From Candidatus Hydrogenedentota bacterium (GTDB taxonomy: Bacteria > Hydrogenedentota > Hydrogenedentia > Hydrogenedentales > SLHB01): a stretch of 64,000 bases of DNA. Every line of letters starts with the position of its first letter. The first letter of the stretch is position 1. Positions 27,007 through 36,863 of this stretch are shown here, piece by piece. The notes under the pieces are model-generated. The model worked only from the letters and a program-made list of their open reading frames with translations, was not told the origin of the DNA and ran no database searches. The stretch covers positions 12,494 to 76,493 of the forward strand of contig DAOTMJ010000004.1 in the NCBI GenBank assembly GCA_035450225.1. Direction: 5' to 3'. The position numbers and the translations under genes were made by a program.

Positions 27007-27549
27007 TCAGCCCCCCGGTCCCATGTTCAACAGCCGCTTGGTCCACAGACCCATCAGCCCCGCGCACAGGCCCAAGGGACGCAGCGCGATGGTGGAGCCT
27101 TCCCCGCGCCGGATCATGCCCACGGATTCCAGTCCGGCCAAGCGCTTTTCGAACATCCAGTCCAGTCCGCGTCCTTCACTGTATCCCGCCATAATCTGTT
27201 CCACAGTCAGTGGGCCGCGCTCGTGAATGTCCACCAGAATCCGAAGCGAGAAGCCGCGAATGGTGAGCGAAAAGACCTGGGCATACGACAGACAAAGAAA
27301 CCCTATCAGGGAAACCCCTGCAATCGTCTGGGCCGCGTTGGGCATGCCGCCGCTCCGCCATGCCACCGCCAATAACCACACAAACGCATGGAGGAGCGCA
27401 GCCGGCAACAGATGAATGTACATCGGACTGCCGCCGTATCGGCGAAACAGAACAATATGGCTTGCTGCCTGGACGGGGAACAACGCGGCGGCCGCGGCAA
27501 CGCTTTCAACCGTGTTGATCAAGGGCATGTCTCCAAGGCATTCAAACAA
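27007..27549 (-). CDS. Membrane protein with C-terminal winged-helix-like tail (paralog B), function unknown
   Basis: 180 aa. TM helices, then FSLRILVDIHERGPLTVEQIMAGYSEG...RLAGLESVGMIRR. Only 3 nt separate it from paralog A. An alternative start is M8 (27528). Confidence 0.5.
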   Translation of the reverse strand: MFECLGDMPLINTVESVAAAAALFPVQAASHIVLFRRYGGSPMYIHLLPAALLHAFVWLLAVAWRSGGMPNAAQTIAGVSLIGFLCLSYAQVFSLTIRGFSLRILVDIHERGPLTVEQIMAGYSEGRGLDWMFEKRLAGLESVGMIRRGEGSTIALRPLGLCAGLMGLWTKRLLNMGPGG

Positions 27550-27687
27550 AGCAGGCCGATGGTACAGTAGAAAAAAAATGAATGCAAAATGCCCGTTTGC
27601 GGCCCCGTGCCCCGGTTATTTCGACAACGTATCGAAGCACCACTCTGTTCGCGCTTCCGCGCGCTCGAAGATCGCGGATTCAGGATG

Positions 27688-29025
27688 TCAGAAAGAATTT
27701 CGCGGGGTTTTCCGGGTGCGGGCGGGTTTTTCCCCCGCGGCTTTCACGGACAGATCCAACACGACGTTGTTGTCAATGATCGCGCGGCCTTTGGCCTTGT
27801 TGGCGATGCGCTTTTCGCCCACGAGGAGATTGTCGGTGACAACGGCGCGCTTGACGCCGGGTCCGATGCTGATTTGCGGCTTGTTCTCCTTGAATTCGCA
27901 GCCCCGGACGAGGATCGATCCCCCTGTGGCTTCGATGGAATAAAAAGGCTTGTTGTGACAGGCCCAATTCACGAAGGTGCAGTCGCTGAATCCGATGGTC
28001 CCGTTGCCGCCGATGACGGCATTGCGGTTGGCGGGACCCCAAAATGCGCAGTTGACGAACCGGACGGTTCCGGTGTTCGTGTCCGCGACGCGCACCATCG
28101 TCGGGTCGGGGCCGTCAATCGAGACGAATTCGCCGTTGGTGATTAGAATGCCCATGGGCGCGCTTTGTTCGATCACGACGGAAGTGCGGCAGTCGTCCGC
28201 GCCGATGCCGAGGAAATTGCCGTTGGTTGCGCCGGCCTTGGTGTCTATGAATTTGTAGCCCACGTTGTAGCCGAAGCAGAAGGTATTGAGCACATAATGC
28301 CAATCGGTTTTGCCGAAGATGAATGCGATGCCGTTGGATTTCTGCCATTCGAACAGGTCCTTCTGCATGGACCACCACGGGTTCCAGTGTACGTTTTCGA
28401 GGCGGCCGATGTCGTAGATGAGGTCAATGAACACGCCGACATGAAGGGGCTGGCCGTGTATGTTGCGGATCAGCGCGCGCTGGTTCCGGCTCGCGTCGAT
28501 CGCGTTGAAGGGGTTCAGCAGTTCGCAGTCCATGATCGCGGGATTGTTTCCCCGCAGGGCCACGGCGTAGGGATAGGCGGTCGGCGGCGCCGCGTCGGGT
28601 TTCTGATCCGGGTAGAAGATGCACACGCCCTGCAGCACACTGTTCGACTGGAGGAGGATGAACGGCGGCCCGTCGGGCACGCCCGCGTTGGCGTACGGCA
28701 TGAGAACCGTCCCATAGACCGGCTTCTCCGGACTGTTGTCGCGGATGCCGGCATGGGCGGGCGCGTAGGAATAGACCCCGCGCAACGCCACTTCCTTCGG
28801 GACCGTCAGCGAGCCGTCGAAACGGAAACGTCCGGTCGGAACCGTGACCACGCCGCCGTTGGCCGCGCCCGCGGCGTCCAATGCCTTCTGGAATGCGGCC
28901 GTGTTGTCCGAAGTCCCATCCGGCATCGCCCCAAAATCCATTACGTTCCACGTGGAATTGCCGTTCCTGTCCGTGCCTCCCGCGAGCAGGCTTGCGCCCG
29001 CGACCATGGCCGCCCACCAGATCAT
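27688..29025 (-). CDS. Secreted right-handed beta-helix protein (pectate-lyase-superfamily / GH28-related, tailspike-like)
   Basis: NVMDFGAMPDGTSDNTAAFQKALDAAGAANGGVVTVPTGRFRF is the classic N-terminus of the Pectate_lyase_3-type family. It has a signal-like N-terminus. Its start overlaps the stop of the upstream WecA-like gene. Confidence 0.7.
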   Translation of the reverse strand: MIWWAAMVAGASLLAGGTDRNGNSTWNVMDFGAMPDGTSDNTAAFQKALDAAGAANGGVVTVPTGRFRFDGSLTVPKEVALRGVYSYAPAHAGIRDNSPEKPVYGTVLMPYANAGVPDGPPFILLQSNSVLQGVCIFYPDQKPDAAPPTAYPYAVALRGNNPAIMDCELLNPFNAIDASRNQRALIRNIHGQPLHVGVFIDLIYDIGRLENVHWNPWWSMQKDLFEWQKSNGIAFIFGKTDWHYVLNTFCFGYNVGYKFIDTKAGATNGNFLGIGADDCRTSVVIEQSAPMGILITNGEFVSIDGPDPTMVRVADTNTGTVRFVNCAFWGPANRNAVIGGNGTIGFSDCTFVNWACHNKPFYSIEATGGSILVRGCEFKENKPQISIGPGVKRAVVTDNLLVGEKRIANKAKGRAIIDNNVVLDLSVKAAGEKPARTRKTPRNSF

Positions 29026-30125
29026 TTGCCGTCCTTTCGTTGTTCCGTTGTTGTGCGTTGCGTTTCACGCTGCCGGTTGCCGATGGCCATGAGTATCACA
29101 ACGATCGCCAGTATCGCAAGGCCCTGCACGATGCCGAGGGCGCTGTCGAGCAGGTTGCTGCTGTTTCGGACGAGTACGCCGGAGGCGGCGAGCGCCACGG
29201 CAATCAGGTAGATGACGAGGACGGTCTGGCGTTGCGTGAAACCCATCCAGGTAAGGCGGTGCGAGAGGTGATCGGGCGCGCAATGGTTGATCACGGCCAC
29301 GACGGTTCGCGTCTCGCCTTTCAGAATGCGGGCCACGATGATGTAGGCGAAATCGAACAGCGGCACGCCGAGAATCAGGATCGGCACGAGGCACGACACG
29401 ATCCGGTTTTCGGTCCATTCGCCCATGACGCCCAGCGCGGCCAGCATGAATCCGAGAAAGAAACTGCCGGAATCGCCCATGAATATCCGGGCCGGCTTGA
29501 AGTTGAACAGCAGAAAACCGAGGTTGGCGCCAATCAACCCCGCCGCCAGCATGCCGAACCATGCCAGGCTGGTTTCGGTGCGCGTGACGAGCCATGCCTG
29601 CACGGCGATAAAGAGATAGGCGGCGGAGACGATGATCGCGATGCCGCCCGCGAGTCCGTCCATATTGTCGGTCCCGTTGAACGCGCTGGTCACGCCGACA
29701 ATCCACACGAGCGTGAAGAGCAGATCCAGCGCGCGCGAATGGAACAGATTCAGGCGGACCCCGTAGCGATGCAGGATGAGCGTGACGGCCGCCAGCATCA
29801 GCAGTTTCCAGAATCCGGGGATTTTCCCGCCGGTGAGATCGTCCAAACCACCCAAAACCAGACAAAGAAACGCGCCGATCATCACGCCGTTGAAGGGATG
29901 GCTACGGTATCCCGGCCACATCACCGCCACCGCGAACGCAAAGAAAATGACGATCCCGCCGCCGCGTGGAACGGGCCGCTCGTGAATCTTGTTGGCGGCG
30001 ACCGCGTCCATGATGTTGAAACGCCGGAGGAGAAAAATGGCGATTGGCATGCACGCCGCGCTCAAGACGAACGCCGTGGCAAATACTTGAAGATAGGTCG
30101 AAGGCCAGTAAGTCAGCCAGTGCAT
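29022..30125 (-). CDS. Polyprenyl-phosphate N-acetylhexosamine-1-phosphate transferase (WecA/MraY family, GT4 membrane family), copy 1
   Basis: A multi-TM protein with the hallmark NGTDNMDGLAGG and a downstream FMGDSGS motif. Confidence 0.85.
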   Translation of the reverse strand: MHWLTYWPSTYLQVFATAFVLSAACMPIAIFLLRRFNIMDAVAANKIHERPVPRGGGIVIFFAFAVAVMWPGYRSHPFNGVMIGAFLCLVLGGLDDLTGGKIPGFWKLLMLAAVTLILHRYGVRLNLFHSRALDLLFTLVWIVGVTSAFNGTDNMDGLAGGIAIIVSAAYLFIAVQAWLVTRTETSLAWFGMLAAGLIGANLGFLLFNFKPARIFMGDSGSFFLGFMLAALGVMGEWTENRIVSCLVPILILGVPLFDFAYIIVARILKGETRTVVAVINHCAPDHLSHRLTWMGFTQRQTVLVIYLIAVALAASGVLVRNSSNLLDSALGIVQGLAILAIVVILMAIGNRQRETQRTTTEQRKDGK

Positions 30126-30137
30126 TGGACGATCCGT

Positions 30138-31118
30138 TCAGAAAAAACGACGCACCGATTCTATCACATGCCCGATTTCGGCATCGATCAGCGCGGGATA
30201 GAGTGGCAGCGACAGGATTTCCTCATGGGCGCGTTCCGCGTTCGGGTACACGCCGCCAAGATAATGATGGGCGGGGCGATACACGGGGCGCTTGGCTTCG
30301 ATGCCGCATTTTTTCAAGTGCGCTTCGAGCGCGGCGCGCCGCGGTGTCGCGACCACATAGCGGAAACAGGCGTGATCCGACAGGTCCGGCAGGCGCAAGG
30401 GCAGATCGGCGAAGGCCTCGTTGTACGCCGCCGCGATCCGCCGGCGCCGTTCGAGAAACGCCGGAAGGCGACGCAGTTGGACCCGCCCGATGGCCGCCTG
30501 CAGGTCGGTCATTTTGTAGGGATACCGTGCAACGAAATCATCGCGGTTGTCGTAACTGCGCCGGTCGCGGACATGGGCCGCGATTCCCTCGTCATCGGTA
30601 AGAACCATGCCGCCCTCGCCGGTGGTCATGAGTTTCGTGGCATAGAAGGACGTCACGGCAATCCGTGCCGCGCGTCCGGTTGTGCCGTCAAACCGTTGCG
30701 CAATATCTTCAACGACGGCTTCGTGCCGGGGTATCCGCGCGCGCGCGCCGAACAGGTGCGCGACGATTGCCGCGGCGCATCGGGCGGGCACGGCGGACGG
30801 ATCAATTCCCAGATGGTCGTCCACATCGCAGAGGATCGCGGCCGCGCCCTGAAGCCGCACGGCCGTCAACAACGCCGCGCAGACATACGAAGGCATCGCC
30901 ACCGAATCGCCCGTGCCCACCCCCAGTGCGCCGAGGGCCAGATGCAACGCCGCCGTGCCGCTGCTGACGGCAATCCCGTAACGCCGTCCGCAGAACGCGG
31001 CGCATTCGCGTTCGAACGCGGCCGTTTCCTCCCCCTCCGCGATGTGACCCGACGCCAACACACGCGCGGCGGCCTCTTGTTCTTCAATGCCCAGAAAGGG
31101 TTTGCTGTGCGGAATCAT
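30138..31118 (-). CDS. DegT/DnrJ/EryC1/StrS-family sugar aminotransferase (compact, 326 aa)
   Basis: IPHSKPFLG..E..A...VL.SG....GEE...FE......G.....AVSSGTAALHLAL, and the PLP-lysine region SFYATKLMTTGEGG. Confidence 0.85.
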   Translation of the reverse strand: MIPHSKPFLGIEEQEAAARVLASGHIAEGEETAAFERECAAFCGRRYGIAVSSGTAALHLALGALGVGTGDSVAMPSYVCAALLTAVRLQGAAAILCDVDDHLGIDPSAVPARCAAAIVAHLFGARARIPRHEAVVEDIAQRFDGTTGRAARIAVTSFYATKLMTTGEGGMVLTDDEGIAAHVRDRRSYDNRDDFVARYPYKMTDLQAAIGRVQLRRLPAFLERRRRIAAAYNEAFADLPLRLPDLSDHACFRYVVATPRRAALEAHLKKCGIEAKRPVYRPAHHYLGGVYPNAERAHEEILSLPLYPALIDAEIGHVIESVRRFF

Positions 31119-31801
31119 GCGCGGCCTCCCAGGAGAATGTCGAGCGACTGCGGACCACAGTTGAAAAGCAGATCGATGATGGACAGGTCCGGTTCAAAGG
31201 GGCCGTATCGTTGCGGATACACGGGCGCGGTCCATTGCTGCCATTCGAGGACGATGCCCGCGTTTGCAAACAACGAGGCGTCCAAATAGGCGCCGACCGC
31301 ATACGCGCCGCTGAAATAACGGTCGCCGCCGGCGGCGCGGACAAGTTGGACGAGGCGCTCCGTGGCCGTTCCCGGCACATGGAGTTCCGACGCGCGGAGT
31401 ATCCGCGTGCGGATGCCCAGCGCCGCAAGGAAATAGCCGAGCATGTAAAAATTGAGATCGTTCAGGCGGGTCCAGTCCCTTTGGTACACATCGTGCAGAA
31501 ATGCGGCGTGTTCCGCGAAGAAAGGGGCGCCGCGGTACGCCTGTTCGATGGATCGCAGGTGTTTGCGCGCCCACGGTATCTCATTGTCAATGCGGACGTC
31601 GTCGAGGGATTGACCGAAGCGATCAAACACGGGAACCGTCAACAGCAACGGACCGTGGGCGGTCTTGATGCGGTTCCGGTTTTGCCAGCCGTTCTTGTTG
31701 TACTGAATCGTGTCCAAAACAATGAACACGTCGCTGCGCGCGATCTTGTCGAAGTAGCGCAGCCACGGCAGATAATGCGGTTGATGGATGCTAACGCGCA
31801 T
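31115..31801 (-). CDS. WbqC-family protein
   Basis: MRVSIHQPHYLPWLRYFDKIARSDVFIVLDTIQYNKNGWQNRNRIK is the canonical WbqC N-terminus. I chose the start at M10 of the track ORF. Its stop overlaps the DegT start. Confidence 0.75.
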   Translation of the reverse strand: MRVSIHQPHYLPWLRYFDKIARSDVFIVLDTIQYNKNGWQNRNRIKTAHGPLLLTVPVFDRFGQSLDDVRIDNEIPWARKHLRSIEQAYRGAPFFAEHAAFLHDVYQRDWTRLNDLNFYMLGYFLAALGIRTRILRASELHVPGTATERLVQLVRAAGGDRYFSGAYAVGAYLDASLFANAGIVLEWQQWTAPVYPQRYGPFEPDLSIIDLLFNCGPQSLDILLGGRA

Positions 31802-31929
31802 GATCGAAAGACTGAAGGCTGAGGGCAAAAGGATGGCGATCGCGACGGTAACGCGAAACCGGGATCCGAAAGATACTGTCCATTGCGTCCATCATGTTCC
31901 TATCACCCATGCATTGATGGTGTGCACGG

Positions 31930-33261
31930 TCACACTTTCCATCCGTCGCGGTACGAACCGTTGATCCACGGATCCGCTTCCGGCAGGTTCTTGGCCTTCA
32001 TGTGCGCGGCATCCCATTCGATGGGTTGTTGGGCGCGTAGGGCGAGATTGCCGAGGAGAACGAGTTCGGTCAGGCCGCTGGCATAATCGAAGTTCGACAC
32101 GGCGGGCTTGCCCGACTTGATCGAATCAATCCAGTTCTGGTGGTGTCCGGCGGGCCGATCGAAATCCTGTTTGGACGGTTTGTAATCCTTCATGGCGGAT
32201 TCCGGGATAAGGCGTCCGCCATTGCCGTACGTGCCGGTCATGATTTTGCCTTTTGTTCCGACGAACAGCGATCCCCCGTCGTCGTCGCCCATGCGCCGTC
32301 CCTCCTCGAGTTCGGGGGGGCGCGGCGGCATCTTGCCGCCGTCGTGCCACGTGAGGGTCAAGGGCGGCATCTTGCCGCGTTTGGGAAATTCGTAGCGGAT
32401 GACGGACCACGCGGGCGCGGATTCATTGTTCACGCCGGAACTCTCGGCGGTGATGCGCGCGGGCGCGCCGAGGTCGAGTATCCAATGGGCCGCGTCCATG
32501 ATGTGGCAGCCCATGTCGCCGAGCGCGCCCGTGCCGAAATCCCACCATCCGCGCCAGTTTCGCGGGGCGTATGCGCGGTGATACGGGCGGAAGGGGGCCG
32601 GTCCGAGCCACAAGTCCCAATCCAATGAGGGCGGAACCGGCATGGTTTCGGCGGGACGTTCCATGCCTTGCGGCCAGATGGGGCGGTTTGTCCAACATAG
32701 GACTTCGGTCACGTCCCCGATGGCGCCGTCTTCAATCCACGCCTTGGTCATGCGGCAGCCAAGGAACGAATGCCCCTGGTTGCCCATTTGCGTGACGACC
32801 TTGTGCCTGCGCCCGGCCTCCGCGAGTTTTCGCGTTTCGTAAATGCTATGCGCCATCGGTTTCTCGACATAGACCGCCTTGCCGAGTTCCATGGCCGCCA
32901 AGGCCGCGACGGCATGGGTGTGATCCGGCGTTCCCACAATCACGCCGTCAATGTTCCCGGCTTCCTTGTCGAGCATGACGCGGAAGTCCTTGTACCGGCG
33001 CGCGTCGGGAAACTTGTTGAAGGATTCCGCGCCGCGCTCGTCGTCCACGTCGCACAACGCGACGATGTCCGCCCATCGCGACACGGCGGCGATGTCGTGC
33101 CCGGCTTGTCCGCCCGCGCCCACCGACGCGATATGGGGCCTGTCGGATGGAGGCGTCTTGCCGGACTTGGCAATCACATGCCTCGGCACAATGGTGAAGA
33201 CGGCGGCGGCGCCGGCCGTCCGTTTCAGAAATGAACGGCGCGAAACGGATTTCGTGTCCAT
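31930..33261 (-). CDS. Tat-exported Gfo/Idh/MocA-family oxidoreductase
   Basis: A twin-arginine signal SRRSFLKRTAGAAAV. Rossmann segment IASVGAGGQAGHD...CDVD, then the EKP motif (VYVEKPMA). Confidence 0.85.
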   Translation of the reverse strand: MDTKSVSRRSFLKRTAGAAAVFTIVPRHVIAKSGKTPPSDRPHIASVGAGGQAGHDIAAVSRWADIVALCDVDDERGAESFNKFPDARRYKDFRVMLDKEAGNIDGVIVGTPDHTHAVAALAAMELGKAVYVEKPMAHSIYETRKLAEAGRRHKVVTQMGNQGHSFLGCRMTKAWIEDGAIGDVTEVLCWTNRPIWPQGMERPAETMPVPPSLDWDLWLGPAPFRPYHRAYAPRNWRGWWDFGTGALGDMGCHIMDAAHWILDLGAPARITAESSGVNNESAPAWSVIRYEFPKRGKMPPLTLTWHDGGKMPPRPPELEEGRRMGDDDGGSLFVGTKGKIMTGTYGNGGRLIPESAMKDYKPSKQDFDRPAGHHQNWIDSIKSGKPAVSNFDYASGLTELVLLGNLALRAQQPIEWDAAHMKAKNLPEADPWINGSYRDGWKV

Positions 33262-33489
33262 GAGGCGTCCTTTCGGCGGTTTGGCTTCTCGTTTCCCATG
33301 ACAATACCATGCGGAACGCCGTTTTCGCTATCAGCCCCCGCGCGGCATGTTGAAAAGGGATTGCCGCCTATATGATGATGGGGCGCGTACAAGAAGGGAA
33401 ATGCCGATGCGCAAACCAGACGGAACCAACGCCGTGGCCGCGGCCGATTTTGTGCAGTCCTTCTGCTTCCGTGGAAAGCGTCCGCAATC

Positions 33490-35724
33490 ATGATTGTTCT
33501 GCCCAACACCCAATCGATTGCCTTGGCCAATCTCGTTGAAAACGCGCGCGATTCGCTTCTCGCGGCGATGGAACGGTATTTCACGTTTCTCCGTCCCGAA
33601 GTAGCGCGCGCACTGGCGGTGGAATGGTGGGATTTGCAGGTGCAATACCTTCGCAAGGGCACGGTTCCTCCGCTGGAATGGACCGCGGCCTATGTCGAAA
33701 GCGTGCGCAGCGCGGGCGCGGGCATCGAGGAAATACTGACGGCGCTGCAAGCCGTTCGCGGCATGTTCATACAGTATTGCGAAGCGCATGCAAAGGACGT
33801 AACCCCGGCGCAAATTCTCGAGATCGCGCTGTCTGTCGAGGATCCGTTCCTGCGACAGATCGGCCTTGTGTACAAGGAAAAAGAGCGCCAGCAGGAAGCG
33901 GCGGGCCGCCGCCGCCAGAAAGCGATGGCGGAATGGATGGATCGCGCCTTTGTCATGCTCGACAACGAGGGGACCATCGCGCTCGCGAATTCTTTTTTTT
34001 GCGGCATGATGGGCGTGTCGGAGGATCGCGCAATTGGCCAGCCTTTCGCGTCCTATTGCGACGCCGATACGGCAGCCCGCTTCCGCCAGATTCTGCGGCA
34101 AAAGCGAGCGGTCAGCATCGGATCGTTCGAGGGAACGCTGATCTCCGCCAAAGGCGGCCACATGGCGTCGCGCTTCTGGACGATGGCCTTGTTCGATCCA
34201 GACGGATTGCGCGAGGGGCTGGCAGTGGCGGTGACGGACACCGAAGGCGCCGCCGGCAGCGTGGCCGTCAAGGCGCGGATGTTCGAGAATCTCGCCAACA
34301 TGATGGGGATCGGCTGTTACATCATAGACGACACATACCGCGTGGTTTCGGCAAATGCCCATGCGCGTGAATATGTCCAGGCCGGCATGGAGGACGACGT
34401 GGCCGAGTGCTGCCGAAAACACCTGGATGAGGCCGGCCGGTGCGGAGACTGCCTGCGATCGCGCGTGTTCGATAGCGGGGAGCCATACCGCGCGGTCGTG
34501 CAATGCGCCCTGTTGTCCGGCGAAACGCGCTGGACCGAGATTACCGCCATCCCGCTGCGGGGCGAACATGGTACGGTCACGCATGCCGCCAAAATCGTGC
34601 GCGACGTGACCGAACAAAAGATGCTGGAAGACCAGATTATCCGGCAGCAGCGGACGTCGCTGGCCTCGCAATTGGCAATCGCCGTGGCGCATCAATTGCG
34701 CAACCCGCTGGGCGTGATCATCGGGTTTGCCGAAATGCTGGCGAATGGGATGCCGGCGGGGCAGGCGCCCGCCGCCATGGATCGCATCCTGCGCAATGGC
34801 ATCCGCTGCAAGGAAATCGTGCAGGATCTCCTCGAATTCGGGCGGGGCAATCCGCGCGAATATGTGCCCGCCGACCTCGGCGTGGTCATCCGCGATCGCG
34901 TTCAGCCGGCCTACACGGGAGTCGCAGCCCGGCGCATCGAGTGGTCGCTCGGCGAATCGCTCCCGCCCATCGAGTGCGCGGCGGATCAGATGGCGCAGAT
35001 CGTCATGAATCTCGTGGACAATGCCTTGGCGGCTTCGGCTTCCCGCGTGACCGTGACGGCGGGCGTGGAATCCGACCAGGTCGTGGTGCGTGTCGCCGAC
35101 GACGGACCCGGGATTCCGGAAGAGGATCGGGAACGTATCTTCGAGCCGTTCTTCACCACGCGCAAGGATTCGGGCGGCGTTGGACTGGGGCTGTGCCTGA
35201 GCCGCACCGTCGTACAGGAGCATCACGGTTCCTTGACGCTGGAAGAGACGACGGGGCCCGGCGCCTGCTTTGCGATTCGGCTGCCGATCGCAAAAAAGAC
35301 CGTGGAAGAACCGCCCGAGGAACCGCCGCCGCCCGCGCGAACCGGCCGCCGTATTCTGATCGTCGAGGACGAGACGGATCTGCAGTTTCTTTTGGGCATG
35401 GCGCTGCAATCGGAAGGACACGAGGTGGATTCCGCCACTACGGGCGCACAGGCCATGGAATATTTCCTTGGCGGCCATTACGACGCGGTCGTGATAGACA
35501 TGCTCCTCGCCGACGAACTGGGCGGACACGACCTCTACCAGTATCTCCTCCAGGCCAATCCCGAACTGGCGAAACATTCCCTTTTCGTGACAGGCGACAT
35601 GATGAAGTACGAGACGCGTCATTTTCTCAGCGAGGCAAAGCGTCCCTATCTTGAAAAGCCCTTCCTGATTTCCGATTTCATGGCCAAAGTGGAAGCGTTG
35701 TTCGAACAACGCCCGGCCCCATGA
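33490..35724 (+). CDS. Hybrid sensor histidine kinase / response regulator with PAS domains
   Basis: PAS-like repeats, an H-box AVAHQLRNPL, HATPase motifs (DNAL, DDGPGI, GGVGLGL), and a C-terminal receiver (RILIVEDE...VIDMLL...TGD). No TM segments are evident. Confidence 0.85.
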   Translation: MIVLPNTQSIALANLVENARDSLLAAMERYFTFLRPEVARALAVEWWDLQVQYLRKGTVPPLEWTAAYVESVRSAGAGIEEILTALQAVRGMFIQYCEAHAKDVTPAQILEIALSVEDPFLRQIGLVYKEKERQQEAAGRRRQKAMAEWMDRAFVMLDNEGTIALANSFFCGMMGVSEDRAIGQPFASYCDADTAARFRQILRQKRAVSIGSFEGTLISAKGGHMASRFWTMALFDPDGLREGLAVAVTDTEGAAGSVAVKARMFENLANMMGIGCYIIDDTYRVVSANAHAREYVQAGMEDDVAECCRKHLDEAGRCGDCLRSRVFDSGEPYRAVVQCALLSGETRWTEITAIPLRGEHGTVTHAAKIVRDVTEQKMLEDQIIRQQRTSLASQLAIAVAHQLRNPLGVIIGFAEMLANGMPAGQAPAAMDRILRNGIRCKEIVQDLLEFGRGNPREYVPADLGVVIRDRVQPAYTGVAARRIEWSLGESLPPIECAADQMAQIVMNLVDNALAASASRVTVTAGVESDQVVVRVADDGPGIPEEDRERIFEPFFTTRKDSGGVGLGLCLSRTVVQEHHGSLTLEETTGPGACFAIRLPIAKKTVEEPPEEPPPPARTGRRILIVEDETDLQFLLGMALQSEGHEVDSATTGAQAMEYFLGGHYDAVVIDMLLADELGGHDLYQYLLQANPELAKHSLFVTGDMMKYETRHFLSEAKRPYLEKPFLISDFMAKVEALFEQRPAP

Positions 35725-36854
35725 GAATCGTCCACGTTTACAAGGATTTCGATCCGCCGGTTCATGGGGGCATGGAGCGCCACATTGCGCTGATGTGCCG
35801 GTTTCAGCGGCAATGGGCGGATGTCGAGGCGCTGGTATGTTCGCGGACCTTGCGCACCCGGATGGTCGAGCGCGATGGCACGCGCGTGACCGAAGTGGGC
35901 GAATGGGGACGCTTCCAGAGCGCGCCGGCGTCGCCCCTGTTTCCGTGGCGCATGCGCCGTGCGCGCGCCGATGTCCTTGTCGTGCATGTGCCGAATCCGA
36001 CCGCCGAAATCGGCTGGCTGATCGCCAGGCCGCCGGGCCGTCTCGTCGTGCGTTATCACAGCGACGTCGTGCGCCAGGCCGCCGCGATGAAAGTGTACGG
36101 CCCGATCCAGGCGGCGTTTCTGCGCAGGGCCGAGATGATTATTCCCACCTCGCGTCCGTATGTGGAGACATCTCCCATGTTGCAGGCCGTGATGCGCCCG
36201 CTTTCGGAAGAACAACGCAAATGTGTGATACGCGTGGTTCCACTGGGCATATTGACCGAGGAGTTCGAGCACGCGGACATGGCGCACGTAGCCGAGTTGC
36301 GGAAACGCTATGGCGGTGGCTACATACTGTTTGCCGGACGCCACCGGTATTACAAGGGCCTGGAATATCTCGTGCGGGCTGCGCGGGCGATTCCCGCGCC
36401 GGTGGTCATTGCGGGCGACGGACCGGAGCGTCCCGCTCTGGAGGCGCTTGCGCGCACCGTCGGCGGCAACATCCATTTTCCGGGATCCCTGAGCCAAGCC
36501 GATCTCGTGGATCATCTGCACGGATGCGACGTGTTCGCGTTTCCATCCGTGGAACGCAGCGAGGCGTTCGGCATGTCCATTCTCGAGGCGCACGCCTGCG
36601 GAAAGCCGGTCGTGGCGACCCGGCTCGGCACCGGGGTCGAATTCGCGAATCTGGACGGCGAGACGGGCCTGAACGTGCCGCCGCGCGACCCGGAAGCGCT
36701 GGCCGCCGCCATCAACCGCTTGCTCGGCGATGCCCACATACGCGACACTATGGGCAACCGCGCGCGGGAACGGGTGAAACGGGAATTCCATGCCGAGCGC
36801 GCCGCGCGCGATGAGTTTGCTTTGTTTGAAGAAGTATTGCAGGTAAAGAACTAG
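35721..36854 (+). CDS. GT4-family (GT-B fold) glycosyltransferase
   Basis: MRIVHVYKDFDPPVHGGMERH... and a C-terminal E(x7)E-type region (SEAFGMSILEAHACGKPVVAT). Its ATG overlaps the kinase stop (ATGA at 35721-35724). Confidence 0.85.
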   Translation: MRIVHVYKDFDPPVHGGMERHIALMCRFQRQWADVEALVCSRTLRTRMVERDGTRVTEVGEWGRFQSAPASPLFPWRMRRARADVLVVHVPNPTAEIGWLIARPPGRLVVRYHSDVVRQAAAMKVYGPIQAAFLRRAEMIIPTSRPYVETSPMLQAVMRPLSEEQRKCVIRVVPLGILTEEFEHADMAHVAELRKRYGGGYILFAGRHRYYKGLEYLVRAARAIPAPVVIAGDGPERPALEALARTVGGNIHFPGSLSQADLVDHLHGCDVFAFPSVERSEAFGMSILEAHACGKPVVATRLGTGVEFANLDGETGLNVPPRDPEALAAAINRLLGDAHIRDTMGNRARERVKREFHAERAARDEFALFEEVLQVKN

Positions 36855-36863
36855 GGCCTGAGA

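Noticed and set aside
28881-31289. 802-aa ORF on the plus strand spanning three genes
   Set aside because: It is antisense to the beta-helix, WecA and DegT genes, all of which have strong family motifs. Its composition is low-complexity and Arg/His/Gly-rich. Stop codons are rare in GC-rich antisense frames.
33331-35709. 792-aa ORF on the minus strand
   Set aside because: It is exactly antisense to the PAS hybrid histidine kinase. Its translation is rich in Arg, Ala, Gly and His and has no recognisable motifs, whereas the plus-strand product has complete kinase and receiver motifs. This is a typical high-GC shadow ORF.
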